Assembly (NCBI GenBank): GCA_963665095.1
Contig: OY762069.1
Coordinates: forward strand, 32,001-96,000
Direction: 5' to 3'
From: an uncultured Desulfobacter sp.
GTDB lineage: Bacteria > Desulfobacterota > Desulfobacteria > Desulfobacterales > Desulfobacteraceae
Length of the DNA stretch: 64,000 nt
Positions 1 to 11,162 of the stretch are shown piece by piece. The translations under genes and the position numbers were made by a program. The notes below the pieces were generated by a model. It searched no databases. It worked only from the letters and a program-made list of their open reading frames with translations, and had not been told where the DNA came from. Position 1 is the stretch's first letter; every line of letters begins with the position of its first letter.

Positions 1-1
1 C

Positions 2-943
2 GTGACTGAAAGGCGGTTTGTAGACACGTTTGGAAATCAGGGCATCGTACACGTCTGCAATGGCCATCAAACGGCCTGAAACAGGAATCTCTTCTCCTTT
101 GAGCCCGCTGGGGTATCCGGATCCGTCCCATTTTTCATGGTGGGTATAGGCGATCTGCCGGGCATACTGCATGAATGAGTTATCCCCTAATTTTTCTTCA
201 GCTACCTTGAGGGCATTGCGGCCATATACTGTATGATTTTTCATCTCCTTGAATTCTTCATCCGTCAGTTTTCCCGGCTTAAGAAGAATACCGTCTGCCA
301 CTCCGACCTTGCCGATATCATGAAGCGGGGCTGAGTTGTAAAGCAGATCAATCAGCTCGTCACTCAAAATATCCTGGAACATCGGCACGGCTTTCAGCTG
401 GCGGGCAAGGGCTCTGACATACCGCTGTGTTCTCAGAATATGACCGCCGGTTTCAGGATCCCGGGTTTCAGCCAGACTGGCCAGACTGTATATGGTAACT
501 TCCTGGGTCAGGGCCAGTTCCTTTGTCCTCAGTGCCACCAGTTCCTGAAGATGGTCCTGATGCTGTTTAAGCTCCAGCTGCTTTGAGACCCGGGCCTTGA
601 CCAGTTCCGGAGAAAAGGGCTTGGTCACGTAATCTGCCGCCCCCAGCGCCAGGCCTTTGGCTTCGTTTTGCTCTTCAGTCATGGCTGTTAGAAAAATGAC
701 CGGGATATCATGGGTGGCAGGGTTGTCTTTAATGCATTTACACACCTCATATCCATTCATGCCGGGCATCATGATATCAAGCAGGATAAGATCCGGTTTG
801 TCTTCTGCCACGTTTTCCAGGGCCGATTCACCGTCCAGGGCCACCCGGACATCGTAATCATCTGCCAGGGTGTCCATCAGTATGTCAATATTTGTTTCTG
901 TATCATCCACCACCAGTATGGTGAATTGTCTGTCTTCTTCCAT
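2..943 (-). CDS. Response regulator with HD-GYP c-di-GMP phosphodiesterase domain (3' end outside the window; absent from the ORF track)
   Basis: Hand translation from ATG at 943 (GGAG upstream): [22 protein letters not shown]...[10 protein letters not shown] (REC domain), then [40 protein letters not shown]. Confidence 0.93.
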   Translation of the reverse strand, partial: MEEDRQFTILVVDDTETNIDILMDTLADDYDVRVALDGESALENVAEDKPDLILLDIMMPGMNGYEVCKCIKDNPATHDIPVIFLTAMTEEQNEAKGLALGAADYVTKPFSPELVKARVSKQLELKQHQDHLQELVALRTKELALTQEVTIYSLASLAETRDPETGGHILRTQRYVRALARQLKAVPMFQDILSDELIDLLYNSAPLHDIGKVGVADGILLKPGKLTDEEFKEMKNHTVYGRNALKVAEEKLGDNSFMQYARQIAYTHHEKWDGSGYPSGLKGEEIPVSGRLMAIADVYDALISKRVYKPPFSH

Positions 944-3770
944 CGTGTCGCTCCATTTTTTTAAGTTTTTCGTGTATCTTTTCTGCAACTGGCAAAGTTT
1001 CTTTAAATTTGTAGGCGCCTGCCAGTTTACTGATTGCAGCGATGTCGTCCTGAAGGTCTTGGGGCCATCCCAGTGTCTGTATTTTTTTTACACAGGCCTT
1101 CACCTGTCTTGCCTGACGTTTTTTCAGAAAAGGGATCAGTTCTTCAACGCAACCAATTAATTGTCCGGCATCTGAAAGTTCAGACGGGGCGGAAACCTGC
1201 TTCTCTTCTTCTTTGATAGTGGCAATCCCTTCCTGGACAACCGCCATTTCCAAAGCAAACCGTTCCATCTCTTCTTTACCTGGCAGTGCCGGGCCGGAAT
1301 CAGACTTAAGTCTTGCTTCAATACGCGCAGATGCTTCCTGAAGTTTTCCTGCACCCAGATTCCCTGCAACCCCTTTAATGGAGTGGGCCAGGCGGCAGGC
1401 CTCTTCAAGGACATTGTTTTCTATTAAACGGGCAATCTGTTCAGCTGCATCGGCATAGTCTCTTTTGACTTTTAACAGCAGGGTTTTATAAAGTTTTTTA
1501 TTGTTATTGATGCGCCCCAATCCCTGCGCCAGGTCAATGCCGGGCAAAGAGGGCGGCAATTCCACGGGCGTTTCAGCCTGTACATCTGTTTCAGGTGGAT
1601 TGGAATCTGCAGTGTGTGACAGTGGTTCTTTTTCTGCGGGCGTTATCCACTGGATCAGGGCTTTGAACAGCTCCGGCGGGTTGATGGGCTTGGTCACATG
1701 TTCCTGCATGCCGGCTTCCAGGCTTTTTTCCCGGTCACCTGACATGGCATGGGCGGTCATGGCAATAATAGGAAGCGCTTGGGCCGGCTTTTGTTTTCGG
1801 ATATTCATTGTTGCCTCCATACCGCCCATCACCGGCATCTGAATGTCCATCAAAACCAGGTCGTAATTATTTTCAAGGGCTGACTTGACCCCCTCTTCTC
1901 CATTACTGGCAACATCCACGGTCAAGCCTGCACCCTGCAGAATTTCCACAGCGATCTGCTGGTTGATCTCATTGTCTTCCACCAGCAGTATCCGTGCGCC
2001 ACGGATATGTTCAAGGTCTTCCTGGCAGGATTGGTCGCACCGCGGTTTGATGTAGACCTGGCGGCCAAATGCAACCATAATGGCATCAAACAGGGCGGAC
2101 TGGGAGACGGGTTTAACAATGATGCCGTCCAGTTGGATATCCTTTGACTCTTCAGTTACTTCATTCCGGTCATAGGCGGTGACCAGGAGAATCTTGGGCT
2201 TTGGCTCAAGGGCAGGCTGGGCCAGGATTTCCCGGGCGGTTTCAATGCCATCCATGACCGGCATCTGCCAGTCAATCAGCACCATTTCAAAGGGATCGGT
2301 ATCTTTGGCGGTTTTAATCAGATTAACGGCGGTCAGTCCGTCTGGTGCAGTTGAGGTTCTGAAACCCATGGAGTCCAGGTATGACTCAAATATCTCACGG
2401 GCCGTGGGGTTGTCGTCCACCACCAGCACCCGCATCTGGTGGAGCCGGTCACCGGTTTCAACATGCCGGCTGGTGACATTTTGATCCGCAATTCCAAACC
2501 GTGCCGTGAAAAAGAAGGTGGAGCCGTTACCATATTCCGATGTGGCACCGATGGTCCCTCCCATCATCTCCGCGAGACGCTTGGATATGGTCAGTCCCAG
2601 GCCTGTGCCGCCATACTTGCGGGTGGTGGAGGTGTCGGCCTGGGAAAATGCCTGGAACAGTTTGCTTTGCTGTTCCTCTGTCATGCCGATACCGGTATCT
2701 TTCACGGAAAATTGAAGCAGGATGCTCTGTTCGTCCCGTTCTGCAATGTCACAGGTCATGACAACTTCGCCCTTTTCCGTGAACTTTGCGGCATTCCCGG
2801 CCAGGTTCACCAGGATCTGTTTCAGGCGCAGGGGGTCTCCTGTAATCATTTTGGGTAAATCCGGATCAATTTTTACCAGAAGTTCCAGCCCTCTTTCCGA
2901 GGTTTTTACTGCTGCCAGATCCGATGCCTCTGCCATGATGCTGTCAATGGCAAAATTCACGGTCTCCATATCCAGCTTGCCGGCCTCAATTTTAGAGAAA
3001 TCCAGGATATCATTGATCAGGCCCAAAAGGGCATTGGCAGCCCCGTCGATTTTGTTTAAATAGTCTGTCTGTTTGGGCGTGAGCTCTGTTTTAAGTGCCA
3101 GGTGGGTCATGCCGATGATGGCATTCATGGGCGTCCGGATTTCATGGCTCATATTGGCCAGGAAGTCGCTTTTGGCCTGGGTGGCGGACTCTGCCTGTTT
3201 TTTTGCTTCGTCAAGATCGTCCATGATATTGAGCATGGCGCGTTTGGCCCTGGCCAGTTCCGCCACCTGGCCCTGAAGCTCCAGGGTTGCTGTTTCTGTC
3301 TTCTTCTGGGCTGCTTTTAACTCCTGGTTTTTTTTTAGCAGGTCATTAAGTAACTCTTCTCTGGGTGGCTGGCTTAGCATCTCCCGGGTATTTTCAATCA
3401 GGGCGCGGGAGAAATAAAAGTCCGGGTCTGGCAGTTTTTTTATCCCATTGAATTGCATGCCGGTTTCGTTGTCACCTGCCACTTCGGTATGGGTGAAGTA
3501 TCCTTTAGCCAGCGGTTCCTTCCGGTGGTCAAACGGCTCAATTCTGATATGTATCCCATTGCCGAAGGCGCGGCGGTCAAGGTGTATGGTGGCATGGATC
3601 TTATTGCCTGTCGGACCCTTGTCCAAAGAGATCAGTTCTGTAAACATGGTTGAGAACTTTACCGCCTCAATGTCGTCAAACCCGAACCAGCTGGCCATGC
3701 TGTAAAGTTTCAGCCCGGTCTCTTTCAGGCCTGAGCGTGTACCCAGTGTAAATTTTGCAAGCTCGATCAT
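903..3770 (-). CDS. Hybrid histidine kinase (degenerate RsbT-like N-terminus, HisKA, HATPase, 2xREC, Hpt)
   Basis: [33 protein letters not shown], two receiver domains, [12 protein letters not shown]pt. Start placed at ATG 3770, which forms an ATGA overlap with rsbX. Confidence 0.92.
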   Translation of the reverse strand: MIELAKFTLGTRSGLKETGLKLYSMASWFGFDDIEAVKFSTMFTELISLDKGPTGNKIHATIHLDRRAFGNGIHIRIEPFDHRKEPLAKGYFTHTEVAGDNETGMQFNGIKKLPDPDFYFSRALIENTREMLSQPPREELLNDLLKKNQELKAAQKKTETATLELQGQVAELARAKRAMLNIMDDLDEAKKQAESATQAKSDFLANMSHEIRTPMNAIIGMTHLALKTELTPKQTDYLNKIDGAANALLGLINDILDFSKIEAGKLDMETVNFAIDSIMAEASDLAAVKTSERGLELLVKIDPDLPKMITGDPLRLKQILVNLAGNAAKFTEKGEVVMTCDIAERDEQSILLQFSVKDTGIGMTEEQQSKLFQAFSQADTSTTRKYGGTGLGLTISKRLAEMMGGTIGATSEYGNGSTFFFTARFGIADQNVTSRHVETGDRLHQMRVLVVDDNPTAREIFESYLDSMGFRTSTAPDGLTAVNLIKTAKDTDPFEMVLIDWQMPVMDGIETAREILAQPALEPKPKILLVTAYDRNEVTEESKDIQLDGIIVKPVSQSALFDAIMVAFGRQVYIKPRCDQSCQEDLEHIRGARILLVEDNEINQQIAVEILQGAGLTVDVASNGEEGVKSALENNYDLVLMDIQMPVMGGMEATMNIRKQKPAQALPIIAMTAHAMSGDREKSLEAGMQEHVTKPINPPELFKALIQWITPAEKEPLSHTADSNPPETDVQAETPVELPPSLPGIDLAQGLGRINNNKKLYKTLLLKVKRDYADAAEQIARLIENNVLEEACRLAHSIKGVAGNLGAGKLQEASARIEARLKSDSGPALPGKEEMERFALEMAVVQEGIATIKEEEKQVSAPSELSDAGQLIGCVEELIPFLKKRQARQVKACVKKIQTLGWPQDLQDDIAAISKLAGAYKFKETLPVAEKIHEKLKKMERHDGRRQTIHHTGGG

Positions 3771-4366
3771 ATCCCGAACCTCAATGCAATACATGACAGA
3801 TCGTCATTATTTTTTCCCAGGTGCGTGATAAAGCTGTTGCAGATATCCTTTGCCCTGCCCTCAGCTATATCGGGATAGGCATTGACATCAAAGTGCTCCT
3901 TAATTCCGTCTGAGGTCATCACCAGAACATCCCTGGGCATCAGTCTGATTTCCTTCTGGGCCGGGGTAGGGATCATATAGCCGATGACGCCATCTTTTGT
4001 AATCAGGGTCTCCTGGCTTGATCCGAATAATCTAAGATGGATATTCCCCATTCCTGAATATTGAAGCATACCTGTTTCTAAATCCAGCCGGCACAGTGCT
4101 GCCACAGCCCCCCGGGTTCCCCTCAGATGTTCATGCAACCCATTTAAAATTTCAGTTAACTCTCTGGTGTAATCCTGGGAAAGATAGCATTTAGAAAGCT
4201 GAGCCACATCGGCTGCCTGTTTTCCATGGCCCAGGACATCCACCAGGGCCAGAAAACAGAAATGGCTGTATTGTTTAATAAACCCTGTGTCTCCGCACTC
4301 GTCCGGATTCCCGGTTAAGGCCCTTTGTTCAAGGTGAAAATCAACTGTGTGCACGCATGCTTTCAT
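3767..4366 (-). CDS. rsbX: RsbX-like PP2C/SpoIIE phosphatase
   Basis: [33 protein letters not shown] motifs; lies after rsbT. Confidence 0.85.
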   Translation of the reverse strand: MKACVHTVDFHLEQRALTGNPDECGDTGFIKQYSHFCFLALVDVLGHGKQAADVAQLSKCYLSQDYTRELTEILNGLHEHLRGTRGAVAALCRLDLETGMLQYSGMGNIHLRLFGSSQETLITKDGVIGYMIPTPAQKEIRLMPRDVLVMTSDGIKEHFDVNAYPDIAEGRAKDICNSFITHLGKNNDDLSCIALRFGI

Positions 4367-4369
4367 GAG

Positions 4370-4792
4370 TCAGTCCATCCACTTTATTGCCGTTATGCGG
4401 GTGCCCTGGCCGGGGGCCGATTGAATCTGGAACTCATCCATAATCCGTTTCACACTGGGCAGACCCAGCCCCAGCCCGTTTCCGGTGCTGTAGTTCTCCT
4501 GCATGGCGGCATCTATATCGCAGATGCCCGGACCATGATCAACTGCATGGACTTCAAATCCTGCCCGGTCTCCACTGTGAATCACACGCAATGAAATTTT
4601 CCCCCCTTTTGCATACCGGATAATATTGGTTGACAGTTCAGATACGGCCGACGCAATAAGATGCTGTCCTGTCTCATTAAAACCCATCTGGGCCAGAATT
4701 TTTCTTGCGCTGAATACGACCTGGGCATTATCCGAAGGTTCATGCAGTTCAAACGTTACCTGCTCATCCAGAAATTCCATGGTGTTAGTCAT
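4370..4792 (-). CDS. rsbT: Stressosome serine/threonine kinase RsbT
   Basis: SAVSELSTNIIRYAKGG, DHGPGI, YSTGNGLGLGLPSVKRIMDEFQIQS. Confidence 0.92.
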   Translation of the reverse strand: MTNTMEFLDEQVTFELHEPSDNAQVVFSARKILAQMGFNETGQHLIASAVSELSTNIIRYAKGGKISLRVIHSGDRAGFEVHAVDHGPGICDIDAAMQENYSTGNGLGLGLPSVKRIMDEFQIQSAPGQGTRITAIKWMD

Positions 4793-5196
4793 CTTTTTTT
4801 TAACCCTTTGGGTACTGTAGGCACTGCGCCATGTATGGCTAAAATTTCAAAGGCATCATCTGTGTTTCGGGCAGTCATGATATCGTCAAAATTTGTATCC
4901 AGATTCACTAAGGAGGCTGCGACGCCCGGCTTGAAACCGGCAAATACCGGGATAGTTCCCATCATGGCAATGGCTTTGGCCATATTTTTGAGGAGTACAA
5001 ATTCACAGGAGCTAAGAATCGTTACATCCGATATATCAATGATCACACCGCTCACCCGCTTTTTTTCCACCTGCTTAAGGACCTTTTTGCCTGTTTTTCG
5101 GATGCTGTTTTCATCCGCATAACCGGGGATGGATATAATCAGGCAACCCGCCACCTGTTGAACAGCTGAACCGGATATGTTCAATTCTGAGTTCAT
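4789..5196 (-). CDS. rsbS: STAS-domain stressosome protein RsbS
   Basis: Single STAS domain (GVIIDISDV, MMG..PVFAGFKPGVAASLV) between rsbR and rsbT. Confidence 0.85.
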   Translation of the reverse strand: MNSELNISGSAVQQVAGCLIISIPGYADENSIRKTGKKVLKQVEKKRVSGVIIDISDVTILSSCEFVLLKNMAKAIAMMGTIPVFAGFKPGVAASLVNLDTNFDDIMTARNTDDAFEILAIHGAVPTVPKGLKKR

Positions 5197-6002
5197 TAAT
5201 TAGACCCTTTGGATCTGACCTCCAACCCCATAAGCGTAAACGCATCTGAAAGTGCATCCTGCAGTGTGGAGTTGGTGGCGATCTCCCCAAGTTCGATGCC
5301 CAGCTGCACCAGCGTTTCAGCCACCGCAGGAGAAATACCGGAAATAATGCAGCGGCACCCCATCAGTTTTGTGGCCTTGGCAATTTTGATCAGATGGTTG
5401 GCCACAGCCGTATCCACGGCTGCCACTCCCTGGATATCCAGGATAATTACCTTGGCAGAGGTCTCCATGATTTTTGCGAGCATGGTGTTCATCATCTGCT
5501 GGGCCCGCAGAGAGTCCACCACCCCTACCACGGGAAGAATTACCACCCGCTCCCAGAGCTTGATGGCGGGTGTGGAGATCTCCATGATGGTTTGGCTCTG
5601 CTCTTTGAGTTTCTTCTCCTGCCTGACCCGTTCCGTGATATCAAGGATATACTCCAGCCCTCCCACAATGTTTCCATCGCTATCTTTCATGGCGGCGGCC
5701 GTGTATTCGATGGGAATTTTTCTGCCATCAACCTCCATCTCATTTCTGGTGGTAAAAGAGTGCTCGCCATCTATGACCTGTTTCATCCGGCAGTCGCCTG
5801 TACCGCAATGACGGGAGTTGAAAACATCCCGGCAGGGCATTCCCTTGATTTCCTTCAGGGATTTGCCGATCATCGTCTGCCCTGCCTTATTCAGGAAAAT
5901 CACCGCCATGTCACGGTTTACCGCCAGTATGGGTGTGGGGATTTGCTGGAGGATGTTAAAGGCCAGGTTGCTGTCAATCTGGTCAAGGTCTGAAGTATCC
6001 AT
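5196..6002 (-). CDS. rsbR: RsbR co-antagonist with N-terminal PAS domain and C-terminal STAS
   Basis: EISTPAIKLWERVVILPVVGVVDSLRAQ, AVDTAVANHLI, ISGISPAVAETLVQLG, TLQDAL; N-terminal PAS (IPTPILAVNRD...LEYILDITE). Confidence 0.9.
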   Translation of the reverse strand: MDTSDLDQIDSNLAFNILQQIPTPILAVNRDMAVIFLNKAGQTMIGKSLKEIKGMPCRDVFNSRHCGTGDCRMKQVIDGEHSFTTRNEMEVDGRKIPIEYTAAAMKDSDGNIVGGLEYILDITERVRQEKKLKEQSQTIMEISTPAIKLWERVVILPVVGVVDSLRAQQMMNTMLAKIMETSAKVIILDIQGVAAVDTAVANHLIKIAKATKLMGCRCIISGISPAVAETLVQLGIELGEIATNSTLQDALSDAFTLMGLEVRSKGSN

Positions 6003-6045
6003 CAGATTGTCTCCTTAATTTATTGTTTGAAATTATAACGCTTGA

Positions 6046-9000
6046 TTATCTGACGATGTATTTTTCCTTTTGTCCCGTCTGGGTTAACAGAGCATTCACC
6101 TCGGCTTTAAGATCGATCATTTTTTCTTCCCGGTCTATTGCCATCTTGTAAAAGCGTTCCAGCTCTGTAAGATTCTGATACAGCTGTTTTTCTACCTCTT
6201 TTTGACTGGTCAGGTCCACAAAGCTTTCCAGAATCATCTTTTTGCCGTCCAGCACCACTGGAACAGTCGTATTAAGAATGGGCACTTTTGTGCCGTCTTT
6301 TTTTATTAATTCCCACTCCGCGGTGTCACTCTGGAATTGGGTATCCATAACCGGATGGCTGTCTTTAGGAGAAATGAACTGCTCATACGGCTTGCCTGCA
6401 ATCTGTTCCCCGGGCAGGCCGATCATCTTTGATGCCAACGGATTGACATCCACAATGGTGCGGTCAATGGGATCAATGATGATGGTGCCGGTGTTAATGG
6501 CATTTAAAATGGTTTTGATCCGTTCTTCACTCTCTCTTAAGGCTTTACGGGTCTTCCTTTTTTCAGTGATATCATCCATCACCCAGATCGAGCCCTTATT
6601 CATGTCATTTGAGTCCTGAATATTAAGGACTTTTCCGGAAAGGGAACACCAGACAACAGTACCGTCCTTTTTCTTCAGCTGGTACTCCACCTGAACCTGT
6701 TCACCTGAGGCCAGTGTTGACTCATATTTTTTCAGGAATTTTTTGTAATTTTTTTCAGAAAGATGCAGTTCTGCCACGTTCATGCCATGCATCTGCTTTG
6801 CAGAGTCATACCCTAATATTTGCGATGTTCGTTCATTGCACCGGTGAATCTGGTTTCCCTCGTTTAAAAAAATCAGGCCCACATGGGTGTTGTCAAAAAT
6901 CTGCTGCAATTCAGCACGGATGGTGTTGACGGTTTCCTGGGCTTCTAAACGGTCTGTGATATCCCGGATGGTACCCACTGCATACCAGTTTTCCCTCATT
7001 TTGAAGGCCGATACCCCTACTTCAACCGGAAAGATGGTGCCATCGTTTTTTCGGGCGGTTAACTCCTGAATTTTTCCCACCACAGGCCCCTGGCCGCTTT
7101 TGGCAAATTTGAGCAAACCGTCATGGGTTTTCCCCATGTACTCAACTGGTGCAATCAGGCTGTGCATATCCTTGCCCATGGCCTCTGAGGTACTTATGCC
7201 AAAAAGCTTTTCCGCCGCCTGATTCCAGTACATCACTTCAGCCTTCTCATCAATCATGATCAGGGCGTCATGAATGGCCTCGCTCATGGCCCGGGTTTTC
7301 TGCTCATTTTCAATCAGGCGCTGTTCGGTCAGTTTCCTTTCACTGACTTCCCGGGATAATTTGCGGTTCCAGTAAAGAATAAATCCCACAAATAAGGCGC
7401 CGCCGGCGAACACTTTTAAAACCAGCGCGTAGTCAATCCCCTTTTCATAATGAACACTGAGCCAGCGGTTATAAATTGTCTGATGCGCCTGCTCATCCAG
7501 GGAATCCAGTACGTTATTGATAATTGATATTGCCATGGGGTACTTGGGATCCACCCCGATGCAGTGATCAAGGGTATAATCCGTTTCTCCGGCAATTTTC
7601 AGATTGGTCAGTCCGTTTTCCTTGATACAGTTGCTGACAACTGCCATGTGCCCGACAAACGCGGAAACCTTGCGGTTGGCAACAGAAATCAGTCCGGATG
7701 TCACGTCATCTGTCTGGACCAGCTCAATTTCCGGATAGTTGTCTCTTAAGTAATAATAGCTGGTATATCCTTTGCCGACAGCTACCTTAAGATTTTTTAA
7801 ATGAGACACATCAGATATGTTGATCACATTATCCATGGTTACAATGACAAAGGGAAACCGTACAAACGGTTTTGAAAGCAGTATGGGCCTGTCAATCGTA
7901 TCGTTTTTTCCTAAGGCCGGAACCACATCAATTTCCTTGTTCACATACTGCTGCAGCACCTCGACCCATGTGTCGCTTTTCCTGAATTCAAATCGAAGGC
8001 CGGAGCGCTGGGTGATCAGGGTTAGATAGTCAGCAATGATTCCGCCAAATTGATTGTTGTCACCAACAATTGACATGGGTTTCCAGTTGACTTCACTGAA
8101 AACCAAAGGGGAATGGCTGGCCAGAAAAAGTTTCTCTTCTTCGTTTAGAATGAGTGCCTTGGTATCGGTCGAGTAAAACCGGTTTTCTTTCCTATGAATC
8201 CATCGGCTCTCAATTTCGGCAAATTTATTTTGCGGGATAGCTGCAAACCCTTCATTGATACGACTCAGCATATCTGTATTTTGTTTTAACACGCCGGCAT
8301 GAATGGCGTTGTTTAAAAGCTGCTTTGATCCTTTCTTGAGTTTTCCGGACAGCCCCAGACGGTACAGCTCTGCTTCAACTGCCAGTGTTTCGTGGAAAAC
8401 CGCTGCGACGTCTCCCTTTAAAAGGGCAAAAATCAAAGCCTCACCATCTCCTTGAAGTACTGTCTGGATTTCAGGATAATGCTGGGCCAGATAGTCTGCC
8501 TGATATGAGCCTGACAGTACGCCTACCCTGTAATTGGCAAGATCCTCCAGGGAGAAGCCAGGATCAGAATTTTTGAAGAACAGCGCTGTTTCAGACCGGT
8601 GAATGGGAACGGAAAAGGCCATCCACTGGCTTAGGTTCTCATCTTTTAATACCCCTGAATGGATATCTGCTTCTCCTGTTTTAACCGCGTCAACACTTGC
8701 CTTCCAGCTGGATGGGCGGAATGTTACCGGGGTTTTGGTCTTCTCACTCCATAACTGCCACATCTCCACGAGAAGTCCGCTGGGATTGCCTTCGGAGTCC
8801 ACCATGGTCAGGGGGGGCGCGCTTCTGTCCATTGAAATAATCAGTGTGTCACTATCTGAAATTTTTTGCCCGGTGGCCCAACGTCTTGCAATATGCCGGG
8901 ACTCATTCTCTGTAATCTCATTCATGCCATCCGTGATGACCTTGAGAAGCTCATGATTTCCTTTTTTTACGGCCGGGAAAAAATCATTGCTGTAAAGCGG

Positions 9001-9666
9001 AGAGGTGGGCTTGAACTTAAATTGTGCCCGCAGTTCATATTCCTGCAGGTAATGAAGTGCTGTCAGCGTTTCTGCCGCAAATACGAGGAGTTGGTGTCGT
9101 TTTATGGCAGACATCATTTCGTTATTATCATTAAATGCAATCAAATTAAGCCCCGGCATATGGGCCTTAAGCCAGGCCTCAGCAAAATCTCCTTTAAGGA
9201 CACCCACCCTGAAAGGTTTTAAATCGCCCAGATCCAGAGGCGCCGGAAGCCGTTTATTCCAGAAAATCTGAGTGTCGCAGGTTACCATGGAGGGGCCGAA
9301 GTCAAGGCTGATATTCCTTTCTTGGCTGAAAAACAAACCGGCATGGGCATCAGCCCTGCCACTTTTTACCATTTCCAGGGATTCGTCCCATACGGCAGGA
9401 ATAAATTGAAGTGTAATACCGGTTTTGGCAGAAAAAAGTTTCCAATTGTCAATGATTATGCCGTCGGGCTTTCCGTCCTTATTTTGAAAATGAAACGGAA
9501 TACAGTCTATGCTGTAGGCCACGGTTATTTTTGCTATGTTTTTTTCTGATGCGAAAAGGACCGCTGGCGCCAAAGCTAAGATAAAGAAGAGAATGTAAAT
9601 CCCTCTTTGCCTCTGCCTGTTGAACACACCGGCCTTGCCTTTGCCCTTGAACATTATATTCACCAT
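6046..9666 (-). CDS. Membrane sensor: three periplasmic family-3 solute-binding domains, TM helix, three PAS domains and a C-terminal coiled coil, with no catalytic output domain
   Basis: Signal/TM region, repeated PBP motifs (PFHFQNKDGKPDG, PPLTMVDSEGNPSG, WKPMSI), TM ...FILYWNRKL, PAS/PAC motifs (RDITD, DDITE, DLTS). Start codon uncertain. Confidence 0.85.
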   Translation of the reverse strand: MVNIMFKGKGKAGVFNRQRQRGIYILFFILALAPAVLFASEKNIAKITVAYSIDCIPFHFQNKDGKPDGIIIDNWKLFSAKTGITLQFIPAVWDESLEMVKSGRADAHAGLFFSQERNISLDFGPSMVTCDTQIFWNKRLPAPLDLGDLKPFRVGVLKGDFAEAWLKAHMPGLNLIAFNDNNEMMSAIKRHQLLVFAAETLTALHYLQEYELRAQFKFKPTSPLYSNDFFPAVKKGNHELLKVITDGMNEITENESRHIARRWATGQKISDSDTLIISMDRSAPPLTMVDSEGNPSGLLVEMWQLWSEKTKTPVTFRPSSWKASVDAVKTGEADIHSGVLKDENLSQWMAFSVPIHRSETALFFKNSDPGFSLEDLANYRVGVLSGSYQADYLAQHYPEIQTVLQGDGEALIFALLKGDVAAVFHETLAVEAELYRLGLSGKLKKGSKQLLNNAIHAGVLKQNTDMLSRINEGFAAIPQNKFAEIESRWIHRKENRFYSTDTKALILNEEEKLFLASHSPLVFSEVNWKPMSIVGDNNQFGGIIADYLTLITQRSGLRFEFRKSDTWVEVLQQYVNKEIDVVPALGKNDTIDRPILLSKPFVRFPFVIVTMDNVINISDVSHLKNLKVAVGKGYTSYYYLRDNYPEIELVQTDDVTSGLISVANRKVSAFVGHMAVVSNCIKENGLTNLKIAGETDYTLDHCIGVDPKYPMAISIINNVLDSLDEQAHQTIYNRWLSVHYEKGIDYALVLKVFAGGALFVGFILYWNRKLSREVSERKLTEQRLIENEQKTRAMSEAIHDALIMIDEKAEVMYWNQAAEKLFGISTSEAMGKDMHSLIAPVEYMGKTHDGLLKFAKSGQGPVVGKIQELTARKNDGTIFPVEVGVSAFKMRENWYAVGTIRDITDRLEAQETVNTIRAELQQIFDNTHVGLIFLNEGNQIHRCNERTSQILGYDSAKQMHGMNVAELHLSEKNYKKFLKKYESTLASGEQVQVEYQLKKKDGTVVWCSLSGKVLNIQDSNDMNKGSIWVMDDITEKRKTRKALRESEERIKTILNAINTGTIIIDPIDRTIVDVNPLASKMIGLPGEQIAGKPYEQFISPKDSHPVMDTQFQSDTAEWELIKKDGTKVPILNTTVPVVLDGKKMILESFVDLTSQKEVEKQLYQNLTELERFYKMAIDREEKMIDLKAEVNALLTQTGQKEKYIVR

Positions 9667-9937
9667 GAGTGGTTAAATGGAATTTTTTATGAAATCAGGT
9701 ATTTCTTTGTGCGCAGGATATGATTTCTCATATCATCTGAAAGGGGCATTTTTCAACAATAAAAACGTATTTTAATTTCCAGGTATTTTTAATTATTGAG
9801 AGACCATGGGAGATTGGAACGTGATGATTGATATTGAGCAGCCGAATTTTTTTAGGCCAGAGAAAATTTTGCCGCTGAACCCGGCAGCATCTGGGGGAAC
9901 CTGCAAGGCGCGGCGGCAAGTTATTTAACAGTCGTGG

Positions 9938-11083
9938 TTAATTGTTTTTTCCTTCAAAAAGGGTTGTCAGGTGCCCGTATCCCCGGGCCGAAAGGTCTTC
10001 TTTGGGGATAAACGCCAGGGATGCCGAGTTGATGCAATATCTTAACCCTGTGGGATCTGGCCCGTCGTCAAAAACATGTCCCAGGTGGGCATCTGAGGCT
10101 TTGCTCCTGACTTCGGTGCGAATTGTGAACAAGGACCTGTCCTTTTTTTCAACAATCCGGTCATTGTCCAGGGGGCGGGTGAAGCTGGGCCAACCGCTTC
10201 CGGAATCAAATTTATCTTTTGATGAGAACAGCGGCGTGCCTGAGATCACATCCACATAGATGCCTTCCTGCTTGTTGTTCCAGAAGGCGTTGTCAAATGG
10301 CGGTTCCGTGGCATTCTCCCGGGTCACCCGGTATTGAAGGGGAGACAGGGTCTTTTTCAGGGCGTGGTCCGACGGGATGGTCTGCTTCTGTCCTGAGCCA
10401 TTTTTGAGAGGGATGTCAGGTGGTGTTGCATTTTCTTCCGGCTTAAGAATTTTAGCCGTATCATTATTCCACACCTTTGAGACGAAGTTTTGTCGCCCCG
10501 AACCAATCCGGTAATATTTATACTGCACTGGATTTTTCTTGTGGTAATCCTGGTGATAGGTCTCGGCCGGGAAAAAACGGGTGGCTTCACTCACCTGCGT
10601 TGCCACTGGTTTGGTAAAAATTCCGGCGTCATTGATTTTTTTGATCATACCCGTGGCCTGCTCTTTTTGTTCAAGGGTGTGGTAAAACACAGCAGACCGG
10701 TACTGGCTGCCCCTGTCCACAAAGGATCCGCCAACGTCAGTGGGGTCGATTTGCTGGAAATAAATCGCCAGCAGATCCTCATAGGAGATTAACTCCTGAT
10801 TGAACGTAATCTGAACGACTTCTGCGTGGCCTGTACTCCCAGTGCAGACGTGATCGTAACGCGGGTTGTCCACATGACCGCCCATGTAACCGGAAATCAC
10901 TGTTTCAACGCCGTTAACGCCGTCAAATGCCGAGGCCATGCACCAGAAGCATCCCCCGGCAAAGGTTGCGGTTTGTATATGAGTCATGGCTGTCTCCTTT
11001 TTCTGCCCGTTGCTGTCAGAAGAAAAAAACAGGGCAGAAACAAGCAACAGGACGCCTGTTATAAATAACGGGGTGTTTTTCAT
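9938..11083 (-). CDS. msrAB: Bifunctional methionine sulfoxide reductase MsrA/MsrB with signal peptide
   Basis: [16 protein letters not shown] (MsrA); [32 protein letters not shown] (MsrB); hydrophobic N-terminus. Confidence 0.95.
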   Translation of the reverse strand: MKNTPLFITGVLLLVSALFFSSDSNGQKKETAMTHIQTATFAGGCFWCMASAFDGVNGVETVISGYMGGHVDNPRYDHVCTGSTGHAEVVQITFNQELISYEDLLAIYFQQIDPTDVGGSFVDRGSQYRSAVFYHTLEQKEQATGMIKKINDAGIFTKPVATQVSEATRFFPAETYHQDYHKKNPVQYKYYRIGSGRQNFVSKVWNNDTAKILKPEENATPPDIPLKNGSGQKQTIPSDHALKKTLSPLQYRVTRENATEPPFDNAFWNNKQEGIYVDVISGTPLFSSKDKFDSGSGWPSFTRPLDNDRIVEKKDRSLFTIRTEVRSKASDAHLGHVFDDGPDPTGLRYCINSASLAFIPKEDLSARGYGHLTTLFEGKNN

Positions 11084-11162
11084 CTTGCCCTCCTTTTTTA
11101 GTTAACCCTTACTTTAAAAAATTGCCATGTTTTGGCCAAAGGCAAGGGGGGGCAAGAAAAAA

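Noticed and set aside
5209..5993. Two ~200-aa plus-strand ORFs
   Set aside because: They are antisense to rsbR with no motifs, like most short track ORFs that overlap real genes
11123..11138. Possible sigma54 motif before msrAB (minus TGGCCAAAACATGGCA)
   Set aside because: Spacing is right but the -12 element is poor, so it was not counted
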